Positions 36,101 to 45,282 of a DNA stretch of 64,000 bases are shown here, in pieces. The number at the start of each line of letters is the position of its first letter. Positions within the stretch are counted from its first letter, which is position 1. The notes under the pieces are model-generated. The model saw only the letters and a list, made by a program, of their open reading frames with translations, was not told the DNA's origin and ran no database searches. Source of the stretch: a virus; IMG/VR virus record IMGVR_UViG_3300044522_000126, positions 2,492 to 66,491 of that record; one strand, written 5' to 3'. The translations under genes were made by a program, and so were the position numbers.

Positions 36101-37177
36101 TAATTCTATTTGTAATACTATATTATTTATATAGTTTTCCATCCAAGAAACAACTGTACTTCTATAAGCAGAATCTTCATCTCCATTTAAAAAATATCCA
36201 TTTTGATTTGGAATAAATAATATTTGAGTAAAAGGAGCCATTAAAGAATATTCACCGTCGTCATATCTAAATCTATAACTAAATCTTACATATTTATCTT
36301 TTAAATAATTAGGATCTCCACTCCAAGAAGGATCTTCAGATTTATTTGACATAGTTGTTCCAACAAAATTTAATTCATCTCCTATAGATATACTAATAGA
36401 AGCCGGAATGGACAATGTTATAGTGTTACCACTTATCTTTATTATAACAAAATAATCATTAGGACCTATTGTTGTAGAGTTAATTAATTGCATACCAACA
36501 CTTAATTTTAAAGCATCAATACTTGATACATCAAAAACTATTGATTCAGAGTTTCCGGTAGGACTAGTAGGTATTACTCCATTACTTGTTGCTGTTACAA
36601 TTATATCAGAATACATACTTATTGGAAAAACAGGTGCGTATTTTGCTACTGAAATTTGTGTTTCTGTAGTATAATAATTAGGATTACTAATCGCTTTTGT
36701 TATGTTTATTTTTCTAGGTTGATTTCTATTATCAGTCCAAAACAACAAATCTTCAAGTATATTTAACCCTATTATTCTATAAGGATTGTTTCTTGCAAAA
36801 TTTAAAAATACTCCAGAAACTAAAGTAGTTAAAACGCCAACCGTTGAATTAGCGGTATACATAGTTATACGCATGTCGCCAGAAGTAGCTGGCGTTAGTT
36901 CCCCGTTAGAAGAATCCCAATAATCTGTCCAAAACTGGAATATTCTATTGTTTTGATTATCAGCTATTTGACCTATGCAAACTAAGTTGTTATTAATTGG
37001 ATTATTCAAAACCATAAATTGATTTCCAAGAGTGGTTTCTAACGCACCTACATCTTTGTCTTCTGATTTACCAACTGATATATTTAAAGCATCTCTATAT
37101 TCTCCATTAGGAATAAGTCTATCATCTAGATCTTTATTCATTTTAGACTGTAGAAAACTATTTTTTACTTCTGCCAT
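33149..37177 (-). CDS. Tail stabilization/nozzle protein (beta-propeller) with Ig/cadherin-like C-terminus
   Basis: MNKDLDDRLIP.GEYRDALNI, LFWTDN.NQPRKINI, RFSYRF.Y.DGEYS, GNRVVYGN, D.FGR.S. Confidence 0.75.
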   Translation of the reverse strand: MAEVKNSFLQSKMNKDLDDRLIPNGEYRDALNISVGKSEDKDVGALETTLGNQFMVLNNPINNNLVCIGQIADNQNNRIFQFWTDYWDSSNGELTPATSGDMRITMYTANSTVGVLTTLVSGVFLNFARNNPYRIIGLNILEDLLFWTDNRNQPRKINITKAISNPNYYTTETQISVAKYAPVFPISMYSDIIVTATSNGVIPTSPTGNSESIVFDVSSIDALKLSVGMQLINSTTIGPNDYFVIIKISGNTITLSIPASISISIGDELNFVGTTMSNKSEDPSWSGDPNYLKDKYVRFSYRFRYDDGEYSLMAPFTQILFIPNQNGYFLNGDEDSAYRSTVVSWMENYINNIVLQIELPDTGNNIESSYKITSIDILYKESDAVAVKVLETVLLNQIASVAQNTNQYFYTYKSQKPYKTLPENQTVRVYDKTPVRARSQEIVGNRVVYGNVVSQSTPPAGLDYNLAVITKSAPFESWAEYPNHTLKQNRNYQAGFVLSDKFGRQSSVILSSNDLAVTLGGTTFVGSTIYSPYFSEQDSLNVKDWRGNCLALILNSPISSNRNEGAGTPGLYAIVSGINGQTGNGFTITAGTVIGNSYTYTLAALPAQRNYPVAGSYIRGKYTDYVKVLPGAVEGFLTTDGEINDVYNFNSVNVPDVKYAYDLNQLGWYSYKIVVRQQQQEYYNVYLPGMLNGYPMFQTSTAPGTYPTPASNPTIFPIGETNKTAHTVLLNDNINKIPRDLTEVGPDQKQYRSSVELYGRVQNSLISSITYNQQYYPAKKADVASTIATSSDLTFLPTDEQTNQYGTASKNFYQLSTKPIIARISTVNEIGVIATNDVIPAIPNEDYTMNPYLSIYETAPVVSLLDLFWESTTAGLISDLNSEALISNNAAFDFDEFEFTFNEYQDYQGIALSPPGAANCPFITNYFQPINLAGLPMTTVSDITMTVKDLTNGNRTTNFELVGPSSYKYAIKIKNPFTFLIDASSKESYEFTFNITDVINGNSVIVKTGSLSNSIPIITQPVLTDPIQEITISSPPLLGPIFECTGTNGATEEVGNPTFNEQQLQWSILNTSTPENWDDYFSIDPVNGVISIINTGISPIDTYVLNIRVRDVYNFPLNSPGTGSLYADSSLVINSLAAASYCGEWTSEVTLPFEGFYNNHIEGRLNFWTQFFPGETIDVSNTFVYVFDYTTYPVGASYFPNSGTGQLTFSSLNYNGTFNFDKIQITDGPVRFLHVVGNIRVLPSGRNITVDLTDEAYVDILDVRLSAADTCTVYIPPTPRSWQLTNGNTSSSINWTALSSTGGTVLGGTLAPAEFTGSSIYGCIKENTLSYGSGGVASYGSC

Positions 37178-37182
37178 ATTGT

Positions 37183-38430
37183 TTAATGTTTAATCCACTT
37201 GGATTGACCTCTTAATACCTGAGTTATTTCTTCTAATTTTATATTAGATAGTCTTATTTTTGTATTTCTTAATTTAGCACTCTTCTCTTGTTTAAGTCTT
37301 TGTACTAAATATTCTGGTTGATTAGATCTTGTAGCAATAATAGCATGTAAAATATATGCGTACATAGCTTCTTCTGCTAGTTTTGGTACTCTAGAATCTA
37401 AATCATAGGCTAAACCATCAGAAATATATTCTAATACTATTAGTCTACCTACTAGATCACTACTAAACGATATTTTACCTTCTCTATCGTTTATACTAAA
37501 GTAACCATTTATATTAGCAAACTGAGGGTCTAAACCATATCTTCTTCCATACCAAGCACTTTGTACCCACATATCTCCATTGTACCAATCTCCTACGAAG
37601 TTGTTAACATCAAAGTTTATTTGAGCAAAGTTATTTTTATTCCAACGTTCTTCTGTTATCGATGTTCCTTCTATGTTATCTCCAAAGTTATCTTGTATTG
37701 GTACACCTGTAGAATCTTGTATTGGATTTTCGTATGGATTTATAGTTAAATTATTAGTTGGGTATATTATATGTTTAACACCTTGTCTATCTATCCAAGA
37801 CATTCTTACATAATTAACATAGTCTTGTGGTATAACAACACTTAAACTAGGTGGTATATTTAATTCAACTGATTTAACACTTTTCAATGTATCATAACTG
37901 AATTCCTGCATACTACGTTTGGCGTGGAATATTACATCAGTTCTTTTAACAGTTCCTATTAATTTACCAGTGCCAACATATCCAACCATGAAGTTGTTTA
38001 TTACGTCGTTTAATGTTATATAAGAATAACCACCGTAATTTTCTTCTACAGTATCTCCATAAGCATAACTACCAGGCGTTAATGGGTCTCCATAATTACC
38101 GCCATCTAATATCTTTAATTGTACAACAACATAATAATTATTAGGAATTGCTACAGTTGTTATTATAGTATTATTACTAACATTAAAATCAAAAGTATAC
38201 TCTGTAAATGTACCAGGAAAACCTGTAGAACTAGTATATAATTTAAAATTATTTAAAGCGTAATTTACATTATTTGGATCCCAAGAACCTGTACCACCAA
38301 ATATTAAATCAGTATTAAAAGTTGTAGTAAAAGAGTTTTGACCAGCAATATTATCAACTTGAAAACCTTGTGCTCCTTCGTAATATTGTCTATTTGTTTC
38401 GGTAATTAAACCGTTATTAGGTATCGGCAT
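37183..38430 (-). CDS. Tail tubular/ring protein
   Basis: LNIP..VIPQDYVNYVR, LEYISDG; position after capsid genes. Confidence 0.7.
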   Translation of the reverse strand: MPIPNNGLITETNRQYYEGAQGFQVDNIAGQNSFTTTFNTDLIFGGTGSWDPNNVNYALNNFKLYTSSTGFPGTFTEYTFDFNVSNNTIITTVAIPNNYYVVVQLKILDGGNYGDPLTPGSYAYGDTVEENYGGYSYITLNDVINNFMVGYVGTGKLIGTVKRTDVIFHAKRSMQEFSYDTLKSVKSVELNIPPSLSVVIPQDYVNYVRMSWIDRQGVKHIIYPTNNLTINPYENPIQDSTGVPIQDNFGDNIEGTSITEERWNKNNFAQINFDVNNFVGDWYNGDMWVQSAWYGRRYGLDPQFANINGYFSINDREGKISFSSDLVGRLIVLEYISDGLAYDLDSRVPKLAEEAMYAYILHAIIATRSNQPEYLVQRLKQEKSAKLRNTKIRLSNIKLEEITQVLRGQSKWIKH

Positions 38431-38436
38431 TTTTTA

Positions 38437-39171
38437 TTAGCTTTTTGAATTAATAGTCTCTGATTGTATTTGTTGAGCAGCTGCTTGTACTATTTGTGGG
38501 TCTTTTATAATTATACCTGAATACAGTAATATTCTAGTTATTAAATTAGTTTGTTCGCTAGGATGCAAATCAAAGTCTTGAGAACCAGTTGGATTAGATA
38601 TAGCGTTATATTGTGTTGGATTATAAACATATTGATAATTAGGTGGAGTACTAGTAAAACCCCATATTGGATTATAAGGTTTTCTTAAATACGTACAAGA
38701 AATGTCAGATTGAATAGTAGTTGGATATACGTTTATCTTAAAATCTTTATATATGTATACTGGCCAATAAACAGAAGGTTTGGTTATTGGTGATAAATTT
38801 AATTCTAATAATTCATTTGGTTGAACATATTGAACTTCTTTTTCATCTTTGTATATTACAGTTCCTAACTTGTAGAACTCAGTAGGAGTTACTAGAGTAG
38901 GTAAATTAAATTTTCCAGATAAATACGTACAGCTTCCACTATCTTGAAATATAGCTATTTTTTGTTCTAAATTTTTTATACGATCACTGTATTCACTGTC
39001 ATTACCAGGAACACGAAGTTGTTGATTTAAATCTTCAAAATATTCATTAAATATCTCAAGTTGAACTTGTGCGGCTGTTCTATTAAACTCATCAGGATTT
39101 AGATAACCTCTTTGTTCTTTGTTAATTATTAACAAAACAGTTCTATAAACTGTATTCACATTTACTGCCAT
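38437..39171 (-). CDS. Head-tail connector/ring protein
   Basis: NKEQRGYLNPDEFN..A..VQLEIF, YLRKP..P.W. Confidence 0.7.
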   Translation of the reverse strand: MAVNVNTVYRTVLLIINKEQRGYLNPDEFNRTAAQVQLEIFNEYFEDLNQQLRVPGNDSEYSDRIKNLEQKIAIFQDSGSCTYLSGKFNLPTLVTPTEFYKLGTVIYKDEKEVQYVQPNELLELNLSPITKPSVYWPVYIYKDFKINVYPTTIQSDISCTYLRKPYNPIWGFTSTPPNYQYVYNPTQYNAISNPTGSQDFDLHPSEQTNLITRILLYSGIIIKDPQIVQAAAQQIQSETINSKS

Positions 39172-39220
39172 ATCGTATATTTGTTATAGTATTAAGGCGA
39201 TAACTGATAGCTACCGCCTT

Positions 39221-39240
39221 TATATACTAATATTACATGT
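39221..39240 (-). promoter_or_regulatory. Putative late promoter motif (ACATGTAATATTAGTATATA)
   Basis: 13 nt identical to the 50411-50423 copy; followed by an aaggcg/cgcctt hairpin. Confidence 0.6.
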
Positions 39241-40121
39241 TATTTTAATTTTTTCTCTATAGACCTAAAGATTAAAATACCTTCATCTGTCTTAAAGAAC
39301 GCTGCCATCGCTGAGTATGGGTTTTCATCAAACGGTACAGTCATTAATTTTCTATCATTTTCACCCCATAAAAAGGTTCTTTGATCTTGTGATAGTTTTA
39401 TAATGTTTACCTCTGTAGCTCTAATAGCTACGTTTCTAAGTTGGACATTATCGTCATTTGCTAATTCTAAGAACAAACTAGGATTTCTTCTAGCAAATAG
39501 TAGTAAATCTCTTCTTATCTCCTTAGAACTCATCTTATTGACTCTAGAACCAACTTCTACGCGTACAATTGCTTCTGCGTCATCAATATCCATTTCAAAA
39601 GCAAGATTCATAGCGTCAAGTTCTACTTCTATGTAGTCTAAATCATCTTCCGCTTCAAATACTGGGTTAAACTCAGTGTACTTAATTCCTAAGCCAGGGT
39701 GATAAATAGACAATAGTTTTTGTAGATTCTGTTTTTCTTTTGGAACGTTTAAAATTCCGTTTTCAAAAATAATATGACCTAAAGTTACTTGACCTTTTTG
39801 ATCTTTAATTAAAGGTGAATTTTGATTCGTAGCGTATCTTATCTCCTCTTGTTCTCCTATTTCTTTATTAAACCATAATAAAGGATACCTTAGAGTATGT
39901 TTTCCTTGTAACGTATATGTTAAAGGACTGTGACTGTCCGCTATAACGTAAGTTCTATCCTTGATTTCCCAACCAGGATTAAATTCTTTTTGAATATTTT
40001 TTTGTTTAGTAACTACTTCTGTAGGTTCGTTAACTTCTATTTCATTAACCATATCAACGTCTTGCGTTGTAGTCTCTAATTTTGCACTAGGACGTGCTAC
40101 TTGTTTTTTTGCTTGTGCCAT
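39240..40121 (-). CDS. Conserved virion-module protein downstream of capsid
   Basis: 293-aa ORF in the structural operon. Confidence 0.7.
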   Translation of the reverse strand: MAQAKKQVARPSAKLETTTQDVDMVNEIEVNEPTEVVTKQKNIQKEFNPGWEIKDRTYVIADSHSPLTYTLQGKHTLRYPLLWFNKEIGEQEEIRYATNQNSPLIKDQKGQVTLGHIIFENGILNVPKEKQNLQKLLSIYHPGLGIKYTEFNPVFEAEDDLDYIEVELDAMNLAFEMDIDDAEAIVRVEVGSRVNKMSSKEIRRDLLLFARRNPSLFLELANDDNVQLRNVAIRATEVNIIKLSQDQRTFLWGENDRKLMTVPFDENPYSAMAAFFKTDEGILIFRSIEKKLK

Positions 40122-40147
40122 AATATAATATAATTTAATAAATTTTT

Positions 40148-40192
40148 AAAAAGTAATAATTACCCCCGTCAGTTCAACGAGGGTAATATTAC
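40148..40192 (-). terminator. Terminator after major capsid gene
   Basis: On - strand gtaatattaccc-tcgttgaactgacgg-gggtaattattac followed by ttttt. Confidence 0.75.
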
Positions 40193-40199
40193 CATATTT

Positions 40200-41666
40200 T
40201 TACACTGAAGCAGTGAACAATACGAAATTGTTAGCAGCTTGTGTAACTAAACATCTTTCTGATAAGAAGTGTACCTCCATTGCATCAAGATCAGAAGTGT
40301 AAGCACCTCCAACAGATCCAGTGATCCAGTTTTTCATTCTTCTATCATCAGCTTGGTTAGCTCTATAACGAACGTGTAAGAAAGGTCTACGGATGTTAGT
40401 ACCTAATTGTTGATCGTATACAGTAGAAGTTCCAGCAGGGATAAGGATACCATCAATAGATGTATTAGCCATACCACCACGAGTAGAAGCATCATTTAAG
40501 TATTTCCAGTCAGTTTTGTAGAAATCATAAGATCCACGACGGAAACCAGAGAAACCTAAGTTCAATGCCATTTGCTCAGAGTTTTCAAACAAACCGTAAG
40601 CAACACCACCAGCAGCGCCAGAAGATAAAGAAGCTAACATATCATCAAAATCAAGAGAAGTAGCTCTGTTCAAGAAGAACATGTTTTCTTCAATTGCTCC
40701 TTGAGTATCTAATCCTTTCAAGATTGAATCAAAATCACTAAGACCAGAAGCAGCAGTAAAGTTGTTCACGATATTACCTCTTTCTTTAACAGCAGAGAAA
40801 AGACCTTGAGTTCCTTTGTAGTTGATACCAGTTGCAAGTGGATCGTAAGTAGCAACACCAGATCCTGCTGTAGCTAATTCACCTTCAATTACAGACATTT
40901 CTAAGTAATCTTCAAAACGTAATCTTGTTTCAGATTCAGCTTTTAAATACCATAAGAATCCACCAGTACCGTCTTCAGCAGCAACTTCAACCCAACCGAT
41001 TTGAGCAGTATCAGATCCATTTATAGAATATTTAGATTTGATAATGATTGGAGAGTTAGAATATTGTGTGAACGATGGAGTAATAGATTGAATAGAAGCA
41101 TCTGTAGTTCCTTTTTTGAATTCAGAACCATATACAAAGATTTTAAGATTTGTATCAGTTGCTGCAAATACACCGTTTGAAAAAAGATTCGCTTGAGTAT
41201 ACGTTGCAACGGTAATAGTAGCAGTAGTACTTACAGTTACAGAGTTTGTAACAAGAACTTTAAGTTCTTTTCCTGTAGTAGGACTCATAACCACTAAAGT
41301 TTGACCAATAGATATAACATTCTGAACGAAGTTAATACCAGTTCCACCAGTTGTGAAAGTTAAAGTAGTACCAGTAGCAGAAGTTACATTGTTGTAAGCA
41401 ACATGCAATCTATTTTGCTCAGACCAAACTACTTGATCAGAAGACATAGGCATTTCAGCACCTACCATACGTAAGAATCCAGAAAGAGTTCTGTTTCCAT
41501 AACGTTCTACTTCTGCTTCATAGATTTCTGGCAAATATTGTTGCGCGAAATCGTTACCTGTTCCATTAGTAAAGTTTAAGTAATTAGACTCTAATGGTTG
41601 TTGTTTTTGAGACGGTTTAATAGTACCATAATTGGTTCCAGTAACCGAGTTAATCATGTTTGACAT
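40200..41666 (-). CDS. Major capsid protein
   Basis: Follows portal and scaffold; strong codon bias; QQYLPE.YE.EVERYGNR, WSEQNRLH, GTQGLFSA, LGFSGFRRGSYDF; followed by a terminator. Confidence 0.85.
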   Translation of the reverse strand: MSNMINSVTGTNYGTIKPSQKQQPLESNYLNFTNGTGNDFAQQYLPEIYEAEVERYGNRTLSGFLRMVGAEMPMSSDQVVWSEQNRLHVAYNNVTSATGTTLTFTTGGTGINFVQNVISIGQTLVVMSPTTGKELKVLVTNSVTVSTTATITVATYTQANLFSNGVFAATDTNLKIFVYGSEFKKGTTDASIQSITPSFTQYSNSPIIIKSKYSINGSDTAQIGWVEVAAEDGTGGFLWYLKAESETRLRFEDYLEMSVIEGELATAGSGVATYDPLATGINYKGTQGLFSAVKERGNIVNNFTAASGLSDFDSILKGLDTQGAIEENMFFLNRATSLDFDDMLASLSSGAAGGVAYGLFENSEQMALNLGFSGFRRGSYDFYKTDWKYLNDASTRGGMANTSIDGILIPAGTSTVYDQQLGTNIRRPFLHVRYRANQADDRRMKNWITGSVGGAYTSDLDAMEVHFLSERCLVTQAANNFVLFTASV

Positions 41667-41677
41667 AATTGTAATTT

Positions 41678-42859
41678 TTAATTGTTAAATTTTCTTGTTT
41701 GTATTCTTAATTTAGAAGAATCAAAACCACTTACGGATTTAACTTTTAATCCACTGATAAACACCTCGCCAGACGCTTGTCTAGGTTGTGTTAATCCTGG
41801 GTTTTTAGAGTTGTTAATCACTTCTTTAACCGCATCCGCTTTTCCTTGTTCGTAAAAGTGTTGTGCGATTTTATCAGAATTCATAGCGGTGTACAAAGCC
41901 TTGTGGTAATTTTTAGTATCAGTTACATTTCCATCAGTATCTAGGAACTTCCCGATAAAATTACTAATGTCTGATTGTTTTTCTGCGAGTTGTTCGTTAT
42001 TTTGAACGCTGTATCTAAACCTTTTTTCTCCAACGTTGTATTCAAAACCTTTGAAATCGTTGTTAAATAAACTTTTAGTATCCTGTTTAAACCTCTCATG
42101 TCTTACCTTAGACTCGTCTTCATTCTTCTTATATCGGTTGAAAAACTCAAAAGCTTCTTGCTGTTCTTGAGATACGCCCGGTCTCAACTTGATCTCGTCG
42201 TAATATTTACTCTTTACAGTTTCTAAATGATTTTTTGCTTTTACAACCTCTTCTTTAAAAGCGAGTTTCTTTTTTCTAATATCTCGCTCTTCTTCAAGAT
42301 CTTCATCATATTCAAAAGAGTCTTCCATTAAAAATTGGATTTCTTCTCTATCTAAATGAGGTTTTGTTCTTAAATAATATTCTTTTAATAATGTTTTTTC
42401 GTCTACATTTGAGTAGTCTGTGTTCAGTCTAACGTAATCTTCTACTGTTCCACCTGTCTCTTCCATAAAGTTAACAAGTTTTTCAATATTTTCTGGTAAT
42501 GGTTTACCAGTTTTAAACTGTTCTTGAACATGTTGTTTTATTTCTTCTTCAACCTTAACGATGTTTATTTCTTCGTCGGTGATTTCTTTAATAACATTTT
42601 CAAAGGACCCTTCGTTTCTTGACTCCATTTCTTGCAGTTCCACTTTGGGTTGTTCTGCGCGTAACAGGCTTTCATCTGTGCTTTGCTTTTGAACGGCATT
42701 TTCTTCTTGTTCTAAATTAGGTATAACTACTTTAGTTATCTCTTGATCTATTCTTGGAGTAGAAAAATCAACCTTAGTTACTTCAATTTCTTTTGATAAG
42801 TTTCTAGGTCTTGTTTTTTTGATTTTAAAATCCCCTTCTTGTTTAATAATTTCTGACAT
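41678..42859 (-). CDS. Capsid scaffolding-like protein
   Basis: Highly acidic/helical, between portal and capsid; FYEQGKADA. Confidence 0.65.
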   Translation of the reverse strand: MSEIIKQEGDFKIKKTRPRNLSKEIEVTKVDFSTPRIDQEITKVVIPNLEQEENAVQKQSTDESLLRAEQPKVELQEMESRNEGSFENVIKEITDEEINIVKVEEEIKQHVQEQFKTGKPLPENIEKLVNFMEETGGTVEDYVRLNTDYSNVDEKTLLKEYYLRTKPHLDREEIQFLMEDSFEYDEDLEEERDIRKKKLAFKEEVVKAKNHLETVKSKYYDEIKLRPGVSQEQQEAFEFFNRYKKNEDESKVRHERFKQDTKSLFNNDFKGFEYNVGEKRFRYSVQNNEQLAEKQSDISNFIGKFLDTDGNVTDTKNYHKALYTAMNSDKIAQHFYEQGKADAVKEVINNSKNPGLTQPRQASGEVFISGLKVKSVSGFDSSKLRIQTRKFNN

Positions 42860-42888
42860 AATATAATATAATTAAATAGTTATTTTTT

Positions 42889-45282
42889 TTACATTCCAAA
42901 TTCTTCTAAACCAGTAAATGATGCTGATTCAAAACTTTGTGGTAATGCATTGGTTTTTCTTTGTTGAACTAATTCAGACGCTTGAGTTGCCTGTATTCTT
43001 GTTCTCTCATCTTTTCTGTCTTCTGCTAATTGTAGATTCTGACTATCTGTCTGAGATTTTAATTGAGCTAGTTGCATATCATAGTTAAATTGCAAATTCA
43101 TCAATTGTTTCTTTATCTCTGCTTCGGTTTGTATTCTTTGTATATCGAACTGAGATTTAGCTTGTTCTACATTAACTGTTTCTTGTGTTAATGCTTGTTG
43201 TTTTTGAACTTCATATAAAGCTGCTTTTTCTGCTGTCTCTTGATTTGCTTGAGCTTGTGCTTGTATGTTTGCCATTTGAGCAGCTTGAGCGGCTTTTAAT
43301 TTCCTTGTTTTTCTAAGTTTTAGCATTTGATTTGCTAACTTTAGATTTTTAATTTGTCTAATATCTATAACATCGTCTAAATCAACACCTCCACTTTGTA
43401 AAGCGACTTGAAGATTTTGTTCAAGCATTGCTTTTTCTTCTTCGTCTGGTTCTAACTCTAAGTATATACCAAACTCGTGTAGGTTTAAATTTTTAATTTC
43501 TCTTAATGTAGACACGTTGTAAGTAGATATACTTTCTTCTAACACTTGTGCTAATAAAGGATAATCTAAACAATCAGCTATTCTAAGAGATATGTTTTCA
43601 CATGTTCTAAGAGTTAAAAATAAACTAGACTGTAAAATATGTTTAGTAGCCGTATTTGACGCGTTAGCCGCCATTTTTTGTAATCCTACTAATGTATCTC
43701 TTTCTGGTGAACTTCCGTCTCTTGCTTCGTTTAATCCAGTTACGTCTCTAATCATTTGAAGATAGTATTGATATGTTTGTATCAAAGAAGCTATCTTAGC
43801 TTGACCAGCTGAACTGTTTAATTCTTGAATAGGTACTCGACCAGCATTCATTCCTCCTTCTTGAGTTAATGATCTACCTACGATACTACCTGTTTGAAAG
43901 TACATGTTTAAAGCTTCTGCAGCATTATAATTTGTACCATTACCTAAATCAACTTCAGCCAAACCATCAACATCTATATATACTCCATCAGGAACTATCT
44001 TAGACATTACTTGTTGTAGTTTTAAGTGAGTTAGTTGAATCATATCAGCAAACCCAGTTATCTTGTTTACGATAGAATCAATTCTACCTTTATACATTCT
44101 TGGTGCTGATATAACGTAATTCATTTCAACTTTTGTCATATTAGAAAATGGTCTTGTCATATTTTCAGACATCTTCCATTCTAACATAGTATCAGTACCT
44201 AATATTTTAGCACCAGTATATAATACTTCTATTGTTCTAGATACTCTTTCAAAGTTGTCACTTGGAGGTGGATTAAATTCATCTGTTTTTTCAATAACTT
44301 TTTCAAGTCCGTTTTCTCCATATTTTATTTTATAAACCTGGTTCATGTAAGTCTTATATTCAAAATATAATACTTGAACAGTGTTTTCATCGTAGTTACC
44401 CCAACCAGTTATATACTGTCTATTACCTGGCATTTGTTGTATCTTATACAATTCTTCCTCTGATAAACTAGGAAATTGCATTTTAAGTTCTGGTATTGTA
44501 ACTGCTTTAACCTCTCCAACATAATATATATCATCAAAGTTTGGATCTTCTGTGTAAGAATACACTAAATAAGCAGGATCTACGTATTCAGTTCTTATTC
44601 CTTCACTTACATTAAAACTTGTCTTAACACAACCAATACCTAACACAGTTAAATCGTAGTTTAATCTACGTCTAGTTAAGTCCCATTTGTTAGCGGCTAG
44701 TACATTGTTTATAGCTTCTTCTTCTGCAATCTCTATAGATTGTTTATAAGAAAGTTGCATGTGTAAGTCTAGTTCTTCTTTTGTTTCTGGAAGTTCGTCT
44801 TTTGGAAGAGGAGATCCAGAAAAGTCTTTACCTGTTAAAGCGCTTGCTTTTGTTAGTAAGTCTTGAGAATACATATCTCTTAATATTGCTTGAGCATAGT
44901 TAGTCCTTGTCTTTAAAGATTCTGGATCTTGTGCATAAGCTTTTATATCGTAAGTCTTTTGTGACATACCGTTAACAACTATATCAACAAATTTTGATAT
45001 AACAGGAACTGGTTTCCAATCTAAGTTAAGATAAGAAATATCACCGTTTGTAGCTAATTCATCTTTATATTTTTGAATAGATTGTTCTCCTCTTGCATAT
45101 AGTCTTAACTGATGAAAATTATTCCAATTAGATAAATATCTATTTTGAGTAGTTCTACCTTGTTCAAACCATTCTTGTTCTATGGCTCGAGATACTTGTA
45201 AACCATACTCTTCAGAAGCTTTAACTGCATCAGGTACCACCTGACTCGGAAACGCACTGTTTGTATTTGTGTATATATTCAT
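42889..45282 (-). CDS. Portal protein
   Basis: 797 aa after terminase; NLDWKPVPVISKFVDIVVNG, RDVTGLNEARDG, Gln-rich C-terminal barrel. Confidence 0.85.
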   Translation of the reverse strand: MNIYTNTNSAFPSQVVPDAVKASEEYGLQVSRAIEQEWFEQGRTTQNRYLSNWNNFHQLRLYARGEQSIQKYKDELATNGDISYLNLDWKPVPVISKFVDIVVNGMSQKTYDIKAYAQDPESLKTRTNYAQAILRDMYSQDLLTKASALTGKDFSGSPLPKDELPETKEELDLHMQLSYKQSIEIAEEEAINNVLAANKWDLTRRRLNYDLTVLGIGCVKTSFNVSEGIRTEYVDPAYLVYSYTEDPNFDDIYYVGEVKAVTIPELKMQFPSLSEEELYKIQQMPGNRQYITGWGNYDENTVQVLYFEYKTYMNQVYKIKYGENGLEKVIEKTDEFNPPPSDNFERVSRTIEVLYTGAKILGTDTMLEWKMSENMTRPFSNMTKVEMNYVISAPRMYKGRIDSIVNKITGFADMIQLTHLKLQQVMSKIVPDGVYIDVDGLAEVDLGNGTNYNAAEALNMYFQTGSIVGRSLTQEGGMNAGRVPIQELNSSAGQAKIASLIQTYQYYLQMIRDVTGLNEARDGSSPERDTLVGLQKMAANASNTATKHILQSSLFLTLRTCENISLRIADCLDYPLLAQVLEESISTYNVSTLREIKNLNLHEFGIYLELEPDEEEKAMLEQNLQVALQSGGVDLDDVIDIRQIKNLKLANQMLKLRKTRKLKAAQAAQMANIQAQAQANQETAEKAALYEVQKQQALTQETVNVEQAKSQFDIQRIQTEAEIKKQLMNLQFNYDMQLAQLKSQTDSQNLQLAEDRKDERTRIQATQASELVQQRKTNALPQSFESASFTGLEEFGM

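Noticed and set aside
40122-42875. Repeated ATTATATTATATTATG before the 40121 and 42859 starts as a promoter
   Set aside because: Directly abuts the ATG and is pure AT; better explained as an SD-less Bacteroidota translation-initiation context
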